Below are positions 1 to 10,450 of a stretch of 41,657 bases of DNA, one piece after another. The position numbers and the translations under genes were made by a program. Origin of the DNA: Escherichia coli (lineage in GTDB: Bacteria > Pseudomonadota > Gammaproteobacteria > Enterobacterales > Enterobacteriaceae); the NCBI RefSeq assembly GCF_003334315.1, contig NZ_QOWR01000044.1; one strand, 5' to 3'. The first letter of the stretch is position 1, and every line of letters starts with the position of its first letter. The notes under the pieces are model-generated. The model had not been told where the DNA came from. It saw nothing but the letters and a program-made list of their open reading frames with translations, and searched no databases.

Positions 1-258
1 CTTGTCGCGTCTTATCATGCCTACAGGTTTGTGCCGAACCGTAGGCCGGATAAGGCGTTCACGCCGCATCCGGCAGTTGGCGCACAATGCCTGATGCGAC
101 GCTTGACGCGTCTTATCATGCCTACAAGTCTGTGCCGAACCGTAGGCCGGATAAGGCGTTCACGCCGCATCCGGCAGTCGGCGCATAATGCCTGATGCGA
201 CGCTTGTCGCGTCTTATCATGCCTACAAGTCTGTGCCGAACCGTAGGCCGTATCCGGC
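1..258. repeat. REP/BIME cluster, three tandem units of about 100 bp
   Basis: Near-identical units repeated at about 1, 100 and 200, each containing the imperfect palindromes gcctgatgcgacgct...gcgtcttatcaggcctac and gtaggccggataaggcgttcacgccgcatccggca, typical enterobacterial REP sequences. Confidence 0.85.
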
Positions 259-261
259 ATG

Positions 262-1125
262 TCACAAATAGAGCGCCGGAAATATCAACCGGCTCACCCC
301 GCGCACCTTTAACGCATCAGCCAACGGCTCAACGTCTTCCGGCGTGGCGCTCGCCCAGCTTTGCGCCTCGCCATACACGCCGTGGGCATGAAACGCGTTC
401 AGGCGTACCGGAACATCGCCAAGTCCCTTGATAAACACCGCCAGTTCTTCGATGTGTTGCAAATAATCCACCTGGCCAGGGATTACCAGCAAACGCAGTT
501 CCGCCAGCTTACCGCGCTCTGCCAGCAAACAGATGCTGCGCTTAATCTGCTGATTATCGCGTCCGGTTAATTGTTGATGACATTCGCTCCCCCACGCTTT
601 GAGATCGAGCATTGCGCCGTCACACACCGGGAGTAATTTTTCCCAGCCGGTTTCGCTCAACATACCGTTACTGTCCACCAGACAGGTGAGATGGCGCAGT
701 TGCGGATCGTTTTTGATAGCAGTAAACAGCGCCACTACAAACGGCAGTTGGGTCGTGGCTTCGCCGCCGCTTACCGTTATCCCTTCAATAAACAGCACCG
801 CTTTGCGGACATGGCTAAGCACTTCGTCCACGCTCATGGATTGCGCCATCGGCGTGGCATGTTGCGGACACCTCTTCAGGCAGGTATCACACTGCTCGCA
901 GACCGCAGCGTTCCACACCACTTTGCCGTCAACAATCTGCAACGCCTGATGCGGACACTGTGGCACGCACTCTCCGCAATGATTACAGCGCCCCATCGTC
1001 CACGGATTGTGACAGTTTTTGCAGCGCAGATTGCAGCCCTGCAAAAACAGAGCCAGACGACTGCCTGGCCCGTCAACGCAGGAGAAGGGGATAATCTTAC
1101 TGACTAAAGCGCATCTGCTGTTCAT
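262..1125 (-). CDS. yjjW: Glycyl-radical enzyme activating enzyme (radical SAM, PflA-like with ferredoxin-like insert)
   Basis: 287-aa ORF; N-terminal CNLRCKNC (CxxxCxxC radical SAM motif) plus two CxxCxxCxxxCP ferredoxin-like clusters ([24 protein letters not shown]); matches E. coli YjjW in length and position next to yjjI. Confidence 0.9.
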   Translation of the reverse strand: MNSRCALVSKIIPFSCVDGPGSRLALFLQGCNLRCKNCHNPWTMGRCNHCGECVPQCPHQALQIVDGKVVWNAAVCEQCDTCLKRCPQHATPMAQSMSVDEVLSHVRKAVLFIEGITVSGGEATTQLPFVVALFTAIKNDPQLRHLTCLVDSNGMLSETGWEKLLPVCDGAMLDLKAWGSECHQQLTGRDNQQIKRSICLLAERGKLAELRLLVIPGQVDYLQHIEELAVFIKGLGDVPVRLNAFHAHGVYGEAQSWASATPEDVEPLADALKVRGVSRLIFPALYL

Positions 1126-2647
1126 GGCTTATCACGCGCGGCTGGCGTTCCAGAATACGAGTGTTGCGTGCGGCTTCTTCGCCCAGCCAGGTGGTGTTGG
1201 TGCGTGAACCTTCGGCGCGATATTTTTCTAAATCCGACAAACGCACCATATAACCGGTAACGCGAACCAGATCGTTACCGCTGACATTGGCGGTAAATTC
1301 ACGCATTCCGGCTTTAAAGGCACCGAGGCAAAGCTGTACCAGCGCCTGCGGATTACGTTTGATGGTTTCGTCGAGCGTCAGAATGTCGCTGATGCCGGAA
1401 TAATAATAAGCATGATGCGGGGCGACAGTTTGCAGATGGGTGATCGGATCTGGCTCATCGCCATAGGGTAAACGCGCGCCCGGCGTGGTGCCGATATCGG
1501 AACTGATCCCCGACTGTGCGTGTAACATGGCGCGTTTTTGCCAGCCATATTTCACGGGGGTATTGGCGACAAACTCCGCCAGTTGCGCGCTGATGCGATA
1601 ACCCACTTCATTTGCGGCGGCTTCTTTACCGTAGCGCGCGGCAATCCCTTCTTTCTCACACAGCAAGTTAACCGCTTCCGCCAGCCCATACATGCCAAAC
1701 ATTGGCACAAAACGTTCAGGGTTAATCAGCCCTTCTTTCACCAGGAAGCTATTCTCAAAGAAGTGTGATTGTTGATAGAGGAATTCACACCGCGCATCGA
1801 TGATGGCGATCTGCTGCTGGCAGTAGTGCGGTAGAGTGCGCGTAAAGAAGTCATCCAGCGATTCGCTGCGCTCGGCAATGGCTTTCAGGTTAAGGCGTAC
1901 CAGCGTGCTGCCACCACCCGCCAGCGGCAGTGAGTTGTAACAGCTCACAATCCCGTAGCCCCCTTTTGTGAAAATTTTATCATGCACCGGACCGTTGGCG
2001 ATGTGCGGTTTGCTACATTCACAGATGTTCTTCGCCACTTCCAGCAGCAGGTCATCAGGGGTGATTTCTGGATCGTAGATAAAGGTCAGGTTCGGTGAAA
2101 CCTGCTTCAACTCTGCATCTGCACGTAATATCGCACGGGTGATGGGCGAATCAGACGGGCCGATATTGGCGTGCATAAAGGCGTCTGGCAGGGTTCTGTC
2201 GAGGTAACGCCAGAAACGTTTTATTCGAATATCGATCTCGTCTTGTGTTAGAATTCTAACATACGGTTGCAACAACGCATCCAGTTGCCCCAGGTAGACC
2301 GGCATCGATGTGACCGACGGTACGTGGTGGTAAAGAATGGTCAGCAGAGAGAGTGCGTCATCAAGATCTTTCGCGCCTTCCAGCTCCAGCCATTCGGAAC
2401 CGTTCGCCAGAAAACGGGCGTAATCGGGTAAGACATAGCGCGGTTTGTACGGCGCATGACCTTCAAACATATCGCAGATTACACCCTCATCCAGCGCGCG
2501 GCGGGCCTCGGCAGGCAGCTGCGGATAAGGCAGATTGTTTTCTGCTTCCAGTGCCAGAAAATGGCGCTTCTGCTCCGGGCTAAGCACTGGGCTGGTGACA
2601 ATTTGCTGGCAACGTTGTTGCAGTGCATTTTCATGAGAAGTGGGCAT
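1097..2647 (-). CDS. yjjI: PFL-like glycyl radical enzyme family protein, function unknown
   Basis: 516-aa ORF; RVTGY (RVxGY glycyl-radical-like motif) near the C-terminus; overlaps the yjjW start by 29 bp; matches E. coli YjjI in length. Confidence 0.9.
   Translation of the reverse strand: MPTSHENALQQRCQQIVTSPVLSPEQKRHFLALEAENNLPYPQLPAEARRALDEGVICDMFEGHAPYKPRYVLPDYARFLANGSEWLELEGAKDLDDALSLLTILYHHVPSVTSMPVYLGQLDALLQPYVRILTQDEIDIRIKRFWRYLDRTLPDAFMHANIGPSDSPITRAILRADAELKQVSPNLTFIYDPEITPDDLLLEVAKNICECSKPHIANGPVHDKIFTKGGYGIVSCYNSLPLAGGGSTLVRLNLKAIAERSESLDDFFTRTLPHYCQQQIAIIDARCEFLYQQSHFFENSFLVKEGLINPERFVPMFGMYGLAEAVNLLCEKEGIAARYGKEAAANEVGYRISAQLAEFVANTPVKYGWQKRAMLHAQSGISSDIGTTPGARLPYGDEPDPITHLQTVAPHHAYYYSGISDILTLDETIKRNPQALVQLCLGAFKAGMREFTANVSGNDLVRVTGYMVRLSDLEKYRAEGSRTNTTWLGEEAARNTRILERQPRVISHEQQMRFSQ
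1967..1982. promoter_or_regulatory. Candidate distal DeoR operator (O_E) of the deo operon
   Basis: tgtgaaaattttatca, a degenerate palindrome 279 bp upstream of O1, matching the remembered O_E-O1 spacing; could alternatively be a CRP-like site. Confidence 0.35.
2246..2261. promoter_or_regulatory. DeoR operator O1 (deoP1)
   Basis: Perfect 16-bp palindrome tgttagaattctaaca, exactly 599 bp upstream of the second operator, matching the known P1-P2 spacing. Confidence 0.75.
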
Positions 2648-2808
2648 CTTCTTTTCCTTTTATGCCGAAGGTGATGCGCCATTGTAAGAAGTTTCGTGAT
2701 GTTCACTTTGATCCTGATGCGTTTGCCACCACTGACGCATTCATTTGAAAGTGAATTATTTGAACCAGATCGCATTACAGTGATGCAAACTTGTAAGTAG
2801 ATTTCCTT

Positions 2809-2835
2809 AATTGTGATGTATATCGAAGTGTGTTG
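2809..2835 (+). promoter_or_regulatory. CRP/CytR binding region of deoP2
   Basis: tgtga-N6-tcgaa CRP-like site centred about 41 bp upstream of the inferred P2 start; position consistent with the CRP-1 site of deoP2. Confidence 0.4.
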
Positions 2836-2844
2836 CGGAGTAGA

Positions 2845-2860
2845 TGTTAGAATACTAACA
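2845..2860. promoter_or_regulatory. DeoR operator O2 overlapping the deoP2 -10
   Basis: tgttagaatactaaca palindrome containing a tagaat -10-like hexamer, 45 bp upstream of the deoC ATG. Confidence 0.75.
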
Positions 2861-2904
2861 AACTCGCAAGGTGAATTTTATTGGCGACAAGCCAGGAGAA
2901 TGAA

Positions 2905-3684
2905 ATGACTGATCTGAAAGCAAGCAGCCTGCGTGCACTGAAATTAATGGACCTGACCACCCTGAATGACGACGACACCGACGAGAAAGTAATTGCTCTG
3001 TGTCATCAGGCCAAAACCCCGGTCGGCAATACCGCCGCTATCTGTATCTATCCTCGCTTTATCCCGATTGCTCGCAAAACGCTGAAAGAGCAGGGCACCC
3101 CGGAAATCCGAATCGCTACGGTAACCAACTTCCCACACGGTAACGATGACATCGAAATCGCGCTGGCAGAAACCCGTGCGGCAATCGCCTACGGTGCAGA
3201 TGAAGTTGACGTTGTGTTCCCGTACCGCGCGCTGATGGCGGGTAACGAGCAGGTTGGTTTTGACCTGGTGAAAGCCTGTAAAGAGGCTTGCGCGGCAGCG
3301 AATGTACTGCTGAAAGTGATCATCGAAACCGGCGAACTGAAAGACGAAGCGCTGATCCGTAAAGCGTCTGAAATCTCCATCAAAGCGGGTGCGGACTTCA
3401 TCAAAACCTCTACCGGTAAAGTGGCTGTGAACGCGACGCCGGAAAGCGCGCGCATCATGATGGAAGTGATCCGTGATATGGGCGTAGAAAAAACCGTTGG
3501 TTTCAAACCGGCGGGCGGCGTGCGTACTGCGGAAGATGCGCAGAAATATCTCGCCATCGCAGATGAACTGTTCGGTGCTGACTGGGCTGATGCGCGTCAC
3601 TACCGCTTTGGTGCTTCCAGCCTGCTGGCAAGCCTGCTGAAAGCGCTGGGCCACGGCGACGGTAAGAGCGCCAGCAGCTACTAA
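2905..3684 (+). CDS. deoC: Deoxyribose-phosphate aldolase
   Basis: 259 aa from the ATG at 2905 ([29 protein letters not shown]...), preceded by AGGAG; the track ORF begins upstream at a TTG. Confidence 0.95.
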
Positions 3685-3698
3685 GTAAGATGCTTTAC

Positions 3699-3774
3699 GC
3701 CTGATGCGCTGCGCTTATCAGGCCTACGAGACGTATCTACCCGTAGGCCGGATAAGGCGTAGACGCATCCGGCA
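3699..3774. repeat. REP element pair
   Basis: gcctgatgcgctgcgcttatcaggcctac and gtaggccggataaggcgtagacgcatccggca palindromic units between deoC and deoA. Confidence 0.8.
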
Positions 3775-3810
3775 AAAGCCGCCTCATACTCTTTTCCTCG
3801 GGAGGTTACC

Positions 3811-5133
3811 TTGTTTCTCGCACAAGAAATTATTCGTAAAAAACGTGATGGTCATGCGCTAAGCGATGAAGAAATTCGTTTCTTTATCAACGGTATTCGC
3901 GACAACACTATCTCCGAAGGGCAGATTGCCGCCCTCGCGATGACCATTTTCTTCCACGATATGACAATGCCTGAGCGTGTCTCGCTGACCATGGCGATGC
4001 GAGATTCAGGAACCGTTCTCGACTGGAAAAGCCTGCATCTGAATGGCCCGATTGTTGATAAACACTCCACCGGCGGCGTCGGCGATGTGACTTCGCTGAT
4101 GTTGGGGCCGATGGTCGCAGCCTGCGGCGGCTATATTCCGATGATCTCTGGTCGCGGCCTCGGTCATACTGGCGGTACGCTCGACAAACTGGAATCCATC
4201 CCTGGCTTCGACATTTTCCCGGATGACAACCGTTTCCGCGAAATTATTAAAGACGTCGGCGTGGCGATTATCGGCCAGACCAGCTCACTGGCTCCGGCAG
4301 ATAAACGTTTCTACGCGACCCGCGATATTACCGCAACCGTGGACTCCATCCCGCTGATCACTGCCTCGATCCTGGCGAAGAAACTGGCGGAAGGTCTGGA
4401 TGCGCTGGTGATGGACGTGAAAGTGGGTAGCGGCGCGTTTATGCCGACCTACGAACTCTCTGAAGCCCTTGCCGAAGCGATTGTTGGCGTGGCTAACGGC
4501 GCTGGCGTGCGCACCACCGCGCTGCTCACCGACATGAATCAGGTACTGGCCTCCAGTGCAGGTAACGCGGTTGAAGTTCGTGAAGCGGTGCAGTTCCTGA
4601 CGGGTGAATATCGTAACCCGCGTCTGTTTGATGTCACGATGGCGCTGTGCGTGGAGATGCTGATCTCCGGCAAACTGGCGAAAGATGACGCCGAAGCGCG
4701 CGCGAAATTGCAGGCGGTGCTGGACAACGGTAAAGCGGCAGAAGTCTTTGGTCGTATGGTAGCGGCACAAAAAGGCCCGACCGACTTCGTTGAGAACTAC
4801 GCGAAGTATCTGCCGACAGCGATGCTGACGAAAGCAGTCTATGCTGATACCGAAGGTTTTGTCAGTGAAATGGATACCCGCGCGCTGGGGATGGCAGTGG
4901 TTGCAATGGGCGGCGGTCGTCGTCAGGCATCTGACACCATTGATTACAGCGTCGGCTTTACTGATATGGCGCGTTTGGGCGACCAGGTAGACGGTCAGCG
5001 TCCGCTGGCGGTTATCCACGCGAAAGACGAAAACAGCTGGCAGGAAGCGGCGAAAGCGGTGAAAGCGGCAATTAAACTTGCCGATAAAGCACCGGAAAGC
5101 ACACCAACTGTCTATCGCCGTATCAGCGAATAA
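3811..5133 (+). CDS. deoA: Thymidine phosphorylase (TTG start)
   Basis: 440 aa ([25 protein letters not shown]...); TTG start with GGGAGG 5 nt upstream. Confidence 0.95.
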
Positions 5134-5163
5134 CGGTATACTGATCTGATCATTTAAATTTGA

Positions 5164-6408
<1,245 letters not shown>

Positions 6409-6464
6409 TGGATTTGGGCGGAGCGTTGACTCCGCCTTTGTTATGTCACAAAAAGGATAAAACA

Positions 6465-7184
6465 ATGGCTACCCCACACATTAATGCAGAAATGGGCGAT
6501 TTCGCTGACGTAGTTTTGATGCCAGGCGACCCGCTGCGTGCGAAGTATATTGCTGAAACTTTCCTTGAAGATGCCCGTGAAGTGAACAACGTTCGCGGTA
6601 TGCTGGGCTTCACCGGTACTTACAAAGGCCGCAAAATTTCCGTAATGGGTCACGGTATGGGTATCCCGTCCTGCTCCATCTACACCAAAGAACTGATCAC
6701 CGATTTCGGCGTGAAGAAAATTATCCGCGTGGGTTCCTGTGGCGCAGTTCTGCCGCACGTAAAACTACGCGACGTCGTTATCGGTATGGGTGCCTGCACC
6801 GATTCCAAAGTTAACCGCATCCGTTTTAAAGACCATGACTTTGCCGCTATCGCTGACTTTGACATGGTGCGTAACGCGGTAGACGCGGCTAAAGCACTGG
6901 GCGTTGATGCTCGCGTGGGTAACCTGTTCTCCGCTGACCTGTTCTACTCTCCGGACGGCGAAATGTTCGACGTGATGGAAAAATACGGCATCCTCGGCGT
7001 GGAAATGGAAGCGGCTGGTATCTACGGCGTCGCTGCAGAATTTGGCGCGAAAGCCCTGACCATCTGCACCGTGTCTGACCACATCCGCACTCACGAGCAG
7101 ACCACTGCCGCTGAGCGTCAGACCACCTTCAACGACATGATCAAAATCGCACTGGAATCCGTTCTGCTGGGCGATAAAGAGTAA
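6465..7184 (+). CDS. deoD: Purine nucleoside phosphorylase
   Basis: 239 aa from the internal ATG ([28 protein letters not shown]...). Confidence 0.95.
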   Translation: MATPHINAEMGDFADVVLMPGDPLRAKYIAETFLEDAREVNNVRGMLGFTGTYKGRKISVMGHGMGIPSCSIYTKELITDFGVKKIIRVGSCGAVLPHVKLRDVVIGMGACTDSKVNRIRFKDHDFAAIADFDMVRNAVDAAKALGVDARVGNLFSADLFYSPDGEMFDVMEKYGILGVEMEAAGIYGVAAEFGAKALTICTVSDHIRTHEQTTAAERQTTFNDMIKIALESVLLGDKE

Positions 7185-7217
7185 TTGTGTTTCGCTGAAA
7201 GGCGAACGTCGTGTTAA

Positions 7218-7246
7218 GCCGGAGCAGGAGACTGCTCCGGCTTTTT
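7218..7246 (+). terminator. Rho-independent terminator of the deo operon
   Basis: 10-bp stem gccggagcag/ctgctccggc with loop gaga followed by TTTTT. Confidence 0.8.
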
Positions 7247-7348
7247 AGTATCTATTCATCAATAGCAACTGATTTATAGATTTACTATTATTTTTCATAT
7301 GGATAGAAAATAAAATCCATTCAAGTATCTATTCACGAATCTATTCAT
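7247..7348. repeat. AT-rich block with three copies of ATCTATTCA and short palindromes
   Basis: agtatctattca at 7247-7258 and 7324-7335 (exact 12-mer), atctattcat again at 7339-7348; ctattcatcaatag and atggatagaaaataaaatccat are imperfect palindromes. Confidence 0.6.
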
Positions 7349-7608
7349 TTATGTTCAGCCGTCATCCAGGAAGGGCATATCAGCAACTCTGGTGGACAAC
7401 CATAAATTTCTGCCATTTTGCTTTTGATGTTTGAGCTAAGCCGTTCCGTCTTTTCGATCTGTTTTAGAGAATTAATCGAGATACCTAACATTTTACTTAC
7501 TTCAGCAAGCGATAATTTATGCCTGATACGCACGGCGGCTAGCCAGGATATACCCTGGCTTAACATTAAATTGATAATCTCCCGCTCCTGGTTTTCCAGA
7601 TCGATCAT
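7345..7608 (-). CDS. Small XRE/HipB-like helix-turn-helix protein, possibly the N-terminal remnant of yjjJ/hipH
   Basis: 87-aa ORF (MIDLENQEREIINLMLSQGISWLAAVRIRHKLSLAEVSKMLGISINSLKQIEKTERLSSNIK...) with an XRE-type HTH signature (LSLAEVSKMLGISINSLKQIE); AGGAAGG Shine-Dalgarno 5 nt before the ATG; starts 31 bp after the lplA stop on the same strand. Confidence 0.6.
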   Translation of the reverse strand: MIDLENQEREIINLMLSQGISWLAAVRIRHKLSLAEVSKMLGISINSLKQIEKTERLSSNIKSKMAEIYGCPPELLICPSWMTAEHK

Positions 7609-7639
7609 ATTCCCTTCCTTTGGTATTTTAATCAGCGAG

Positions 7640-8656
7640 TTACCTTACCGCCCCCGCTATCCACGTCGACAACTCCCGTAGCTCTTTTTCCTGGTCCGGG
7701 AAGTCAACCAACAGCGCTTCGCACTCTTGTTGCAGCATATCCGCGCGGTACAGGCAGCCTTGCAGTCGCCCGGCGAGGGCTTCCAGCGGCGCGGGGTTGA
7801 GGCTGTCGGTAAACACCTGGGCGCGGGTGATATGGCCTTTTTCAACGTCGAAATGCAGTTCCACGCCGCCCCAGCTAAAGCGTTCATCCAGCAGATGCGA
7901 GAATGCCGGAGCCTGACCGAAGTTCCATTCCCAGCTACTCTGACGGGCAAAGGTTTCGGCGAAGTTTGGCAAGTCTGGCGTTTTGTCCGGGGAGATGATT
8001 TCCGCTTCTACACGCTCGCCATAATGGGCGAAAAAGGCCTTGGTTATGGCCTCGCAAACCTGCTCATGGGTGATCCCCGGCAACAGCTCGGTGAGGTTGG
8101 TCACGCGGGAACGTACCGACGTAATGCCTTTCGCCGCCAGTTTCTTTTTATCCGGATTGAGATAGTTTGCCAGGCGGCTAAGGTCGGCATTGAGCAGCAA
8201 GGTGCCGTGGTGGAAGCCACGATCTTTGGTTTCGCGATAGGCCGATCCTGAGACTTTGCGGTCGCCTTCGACTGTTTTCACCACCAGATCGTTACGCCCG
8301 GACGCTTCGGCGCTGACGCCGAGCGCGTTCAGCGCATTGAGCACAATCGACGTAGAGATGGTTTTATCGTACTCCGGCTTGCCAGCCATAAAGGTAAAGC
8401 AGGTATTGCCGAGATCGTGGAACACCGCGCCGCCACCGCTACTGCGCCGCGCCAGGCGGACGTTATCTTCTTCCATCCGCCGGGTATTACACTCTTTCCA
8501 CGGGTTCTGCGCGCGACCAATCACTACCGTGTCGGCATTGCGCCAGAGAAACAGAACGCGCTGCGTGGCGGGCATTTGGCGAAAAATACACTCTTCCACC
8601 GCCAGGTTAAACCACGGGTCGTAAGAGTCAGAGATGAGCAGGCGTAATATGGACAT
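7640..8656 (-). CDS. lplA: Lipoate-protein ligase A
   Basis: 338 aa ([29 protein letters not shown]...). Confidence 0.95.
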   Translation of the reverse strand: MSILRLLISDSYDPWFNLAVEECIFRQMPATQRVLFLWRNADTVVIGRAQNPWKECNTRRMEEDNVRLARRSSGGGAVFHDLGNTCFTFMAGKPEYDKTISTSIVLNALNALGVSAEASGRNDLVVKTVEGDRKVSGSAYRETKDRGFHHGTLLLNADLSRLANYLNPDKKKLAAKGITSVRSRVTNLTELLPGITHEQVCEAITKAFFAHYGERVEAEIISPDKTPDLPNFAETFARQSSWEWNFGQAPAFSHLLDERFSWGGVELHFDVEKGHITRAQVFTDSLNPAPLEALAGRLQGCLYRADMLQQECEALLVDFPDQEKELRELSTWIAGAVR

Positions 8657-8683
8657 AACGATTTCCTTTCTTGTAGTAATGGG

Positions 8684-9328
8684 TCACTCTTTTTTCTCGC
8701 TTTCTTCCTCTTCCGGCACCGGTTTGCTGGCGGTTAACAGGAAGGGCGATTGCTGCCAGCGGGTGCGTTTACCCTGTAGCAGCGTGCGGGTCAGCACTAC
8801 GCCGATTGCCAGTGAGAGCAGCAACATCAGGCGTAAAATGTTAGTGGTGTTATCCACCTGTTGGGCTTCGGTGGCGAGCGTATGGGTGTCGAGTGTCAGG
8901 CGCAGATAGCCGAGCGGTCCGTTTTTACCCGCAATTGGCTCGACAATCTGCTGGTTAAAATAGCCGCCTGCTTTTTTACCGTCGAGCGCCAGCCGGTCGC
9001 GCACTTCGACGCTTTCGCCTGAACGGGCGATAAGATCGCCTTGTTCGTCATACACACCCGCGTCGAGGATGCGGCTTTCATCCGTTAACTGATCGAGGAT
9101 CGCCTGAATGCGTTTTTCATCTGGTGAGTCGGTACGCATCAGCGGTGCAACGTTCAGCGTTACCTGACGCGCCAGGGTGCGGGCCAGTTCTTCCAGCTGT
9201 GGATTACGTTGTCGCTGGTGGTTTTGACTAAACCATGACGCTCCCTGCATCAGCGCCACTAACAAGGCAAGACAGAACAGGACAATCACTGCCCGATGCA
9301 GCCGGAATTTCAGTTTTGTGCGAGCCAT
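8684..9328 (-). CDS. ytjB: Inner membrane protein YtjB (Smp)
   Basis: 214 aa (MARTKLKFRLHRAVIVLFCLALLVALMQG...); N-terminal transmembrane segment. Confidence 0.9.
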   Translation of the reverse strand: MARTKLKFRLHRAVIVLFCLALLVALMQGASWFSQNHQRQRNPQLEELARTLARQVTLNVAPLMRTDSPDEKRIQAILDQLTDESRILDAGVYDEQGDLIARSGESVEVRDRLALDGKKAGGYFNQQIVEPIAGKNGPLGYLRLTLDTHTLATEAQQVDNTTNILRLMLLLSLAIGVVLTRTLLQGKRTRWQQSPFLLTASKPVPEEEESEKKE

Positions 9329-9433
9329 CTTCCACCCTTTGAAAATTTGAGACTTAATGTTGCCAGAAGCAATGGATACAAGGTAGCCTCATGCGTTATT
9401 TTCCCTGCTTCGAACGATTTTACAGGAGCCTTA

Positions 9434-10402
9434 ATGCCTAACATTACCTGGTGCGACCTGCCTGAAGATGTCTCTTTATGGCCGGGTCTGCCTCTTTCAT
9501 TAAGTGGTGATGAAGTGATGCCACTGGATTACCACGCAGGTCGTAGCGGCTGGCTGCTGTATGGTCGTGGGCTGGATAAACAACGCCTGACCCAATACCA
9601 GAGCAAACTGGGCGCGGCGATGGTGATTGTTGCCGCCTGGTGCGTGGAAGATTATCAGGTGATTCGTCTGGCAGGTTCACTCACCGCGCGCGCTACGCGC
9701 CTGGCCCATGAAGCGCAACTGGATGTCGCGCCGCTGGGGAAAATCCCGCACCTGCGCACGCCGGGTTTGCTGGTGATGGACATGGATTCCACCGCCATCC
9801 AGATTGAATGTATTGATGAAATTGCCAAACTGGCCGGAACGGGCGAGATGGTGGCGGAGGTAACCGAACGGGCGATGCGCGGCGAACTCGATTTTACCGC
9901 CAGCCTGCGCAGCCGCGTGGCGACGCTGAAAGGCGCTGATGCCAATATTCTGCAACAGGTGCGTGAAAATCTGCCGCTGATGCCAGGCTTAACGCAGCTG
10001 GTGCTCAAGCTGGAAACGCTGGGCTGGAAAGTGGCGATTGCCTCCGGCGGCTTTACTTTCTTTGCTGAATACCTGCGCGACAAGCTGCGCCTGACCGCCG
10101 TGGTAGCCAATGAACTGGAGATCATGGACGGTAAATTTACCGGCAATGTGATCGGCGACATCGTTGACGCGCAGTACAAAGCGAAAACTCTGACCCGCCT
10201 CGCGCAGGAGTATGAAATCCCGCTGGCGCAGACCGTGGCGATTGGCGATGGAGCCAATGACCTGCCGATGATCAAAGCGGCAGGGCTGGGGATTGCCTAC
10301 CATGCCAAGCCAAAAGTGAATGAAAAGACGGAAGTCACCATCCGTCACGCTGACCTGATGGGGGTATTCTGCATCCTCTCTGGCAGCCTGAATCAGAAGT
10401 AA
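9434..10402 (+). CDS. serB: Phosphoserine phosphatase
   Basis: 322 aa from the ATG at 9434 (MPNITWCDLPEDVSLWPGLPLSLSG...), HAD motif DMDSTAI; AGGAG SD. Confidence 0.95.
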   Translation: MPNITWCDLPEDVSLWPGLPLSLSGDEVMPLDYHAGRSGWLLYGRGLDKQRLTQYQSKLGAAMVIVAAWCVEDYQVIRLAGSLTARATRLAHEAQLDVAPLGKIPHLRTPGLLVMDMDSTAIQIECIDEIAKLAGTGEMVAEVTERAMRGELDFTASLRSRVATLKGADANILQQVRENLPLMPGLTQLVLKLETLGWKVAIASGGFTFFAEYLRDKLRLTAVVANELEIMDGKFTGNVIGDIVDAQYKAKTLTRLAQEYEIPLAQTVAIGDGANDLPMIKAAGLGIAYHAKPKVNEKTEVTIRHADLMGVFCILSGSLNQK

Positions 10403-10450
10403 TTGCCTGCCCGTCATCCTGCGGGCGGCACAGCATTAACGAGGTACACC

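Noticed and set aside
1-258. Possible CRISPR array suggested by regularly spaced repeats
   Set aside because: The repeat units are palindromic REP sequences about 100 bp apart with repeated, not unique, intervening sequence, and there is no leader or cas gene nearby.
21-431. ORFs of 79 and 78 aa (21-260 minus, 195-431 plus)
   Set aside because: They lie entirely within the REP/BIME palindrome array or run antisense into yjjW; the translations are Arg-rich repeats of the REP unit.
7418-7681. 87-aa plus-strand ORF antisense to the small HTH ORF
   Set aside because: It is the exact mirror of the HTH ORF span, has a low-complexity Ser/Ile/Leu-rich translation and no ribosome-binding site; the HTH-encoding minus frame is the credible one.
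9655-10417. Antisense ORFs of 206 and 142 aa inside serB
   Set aside because: They are Ser/Arg/Ala-rich mirror frames of serB with no independent signals.
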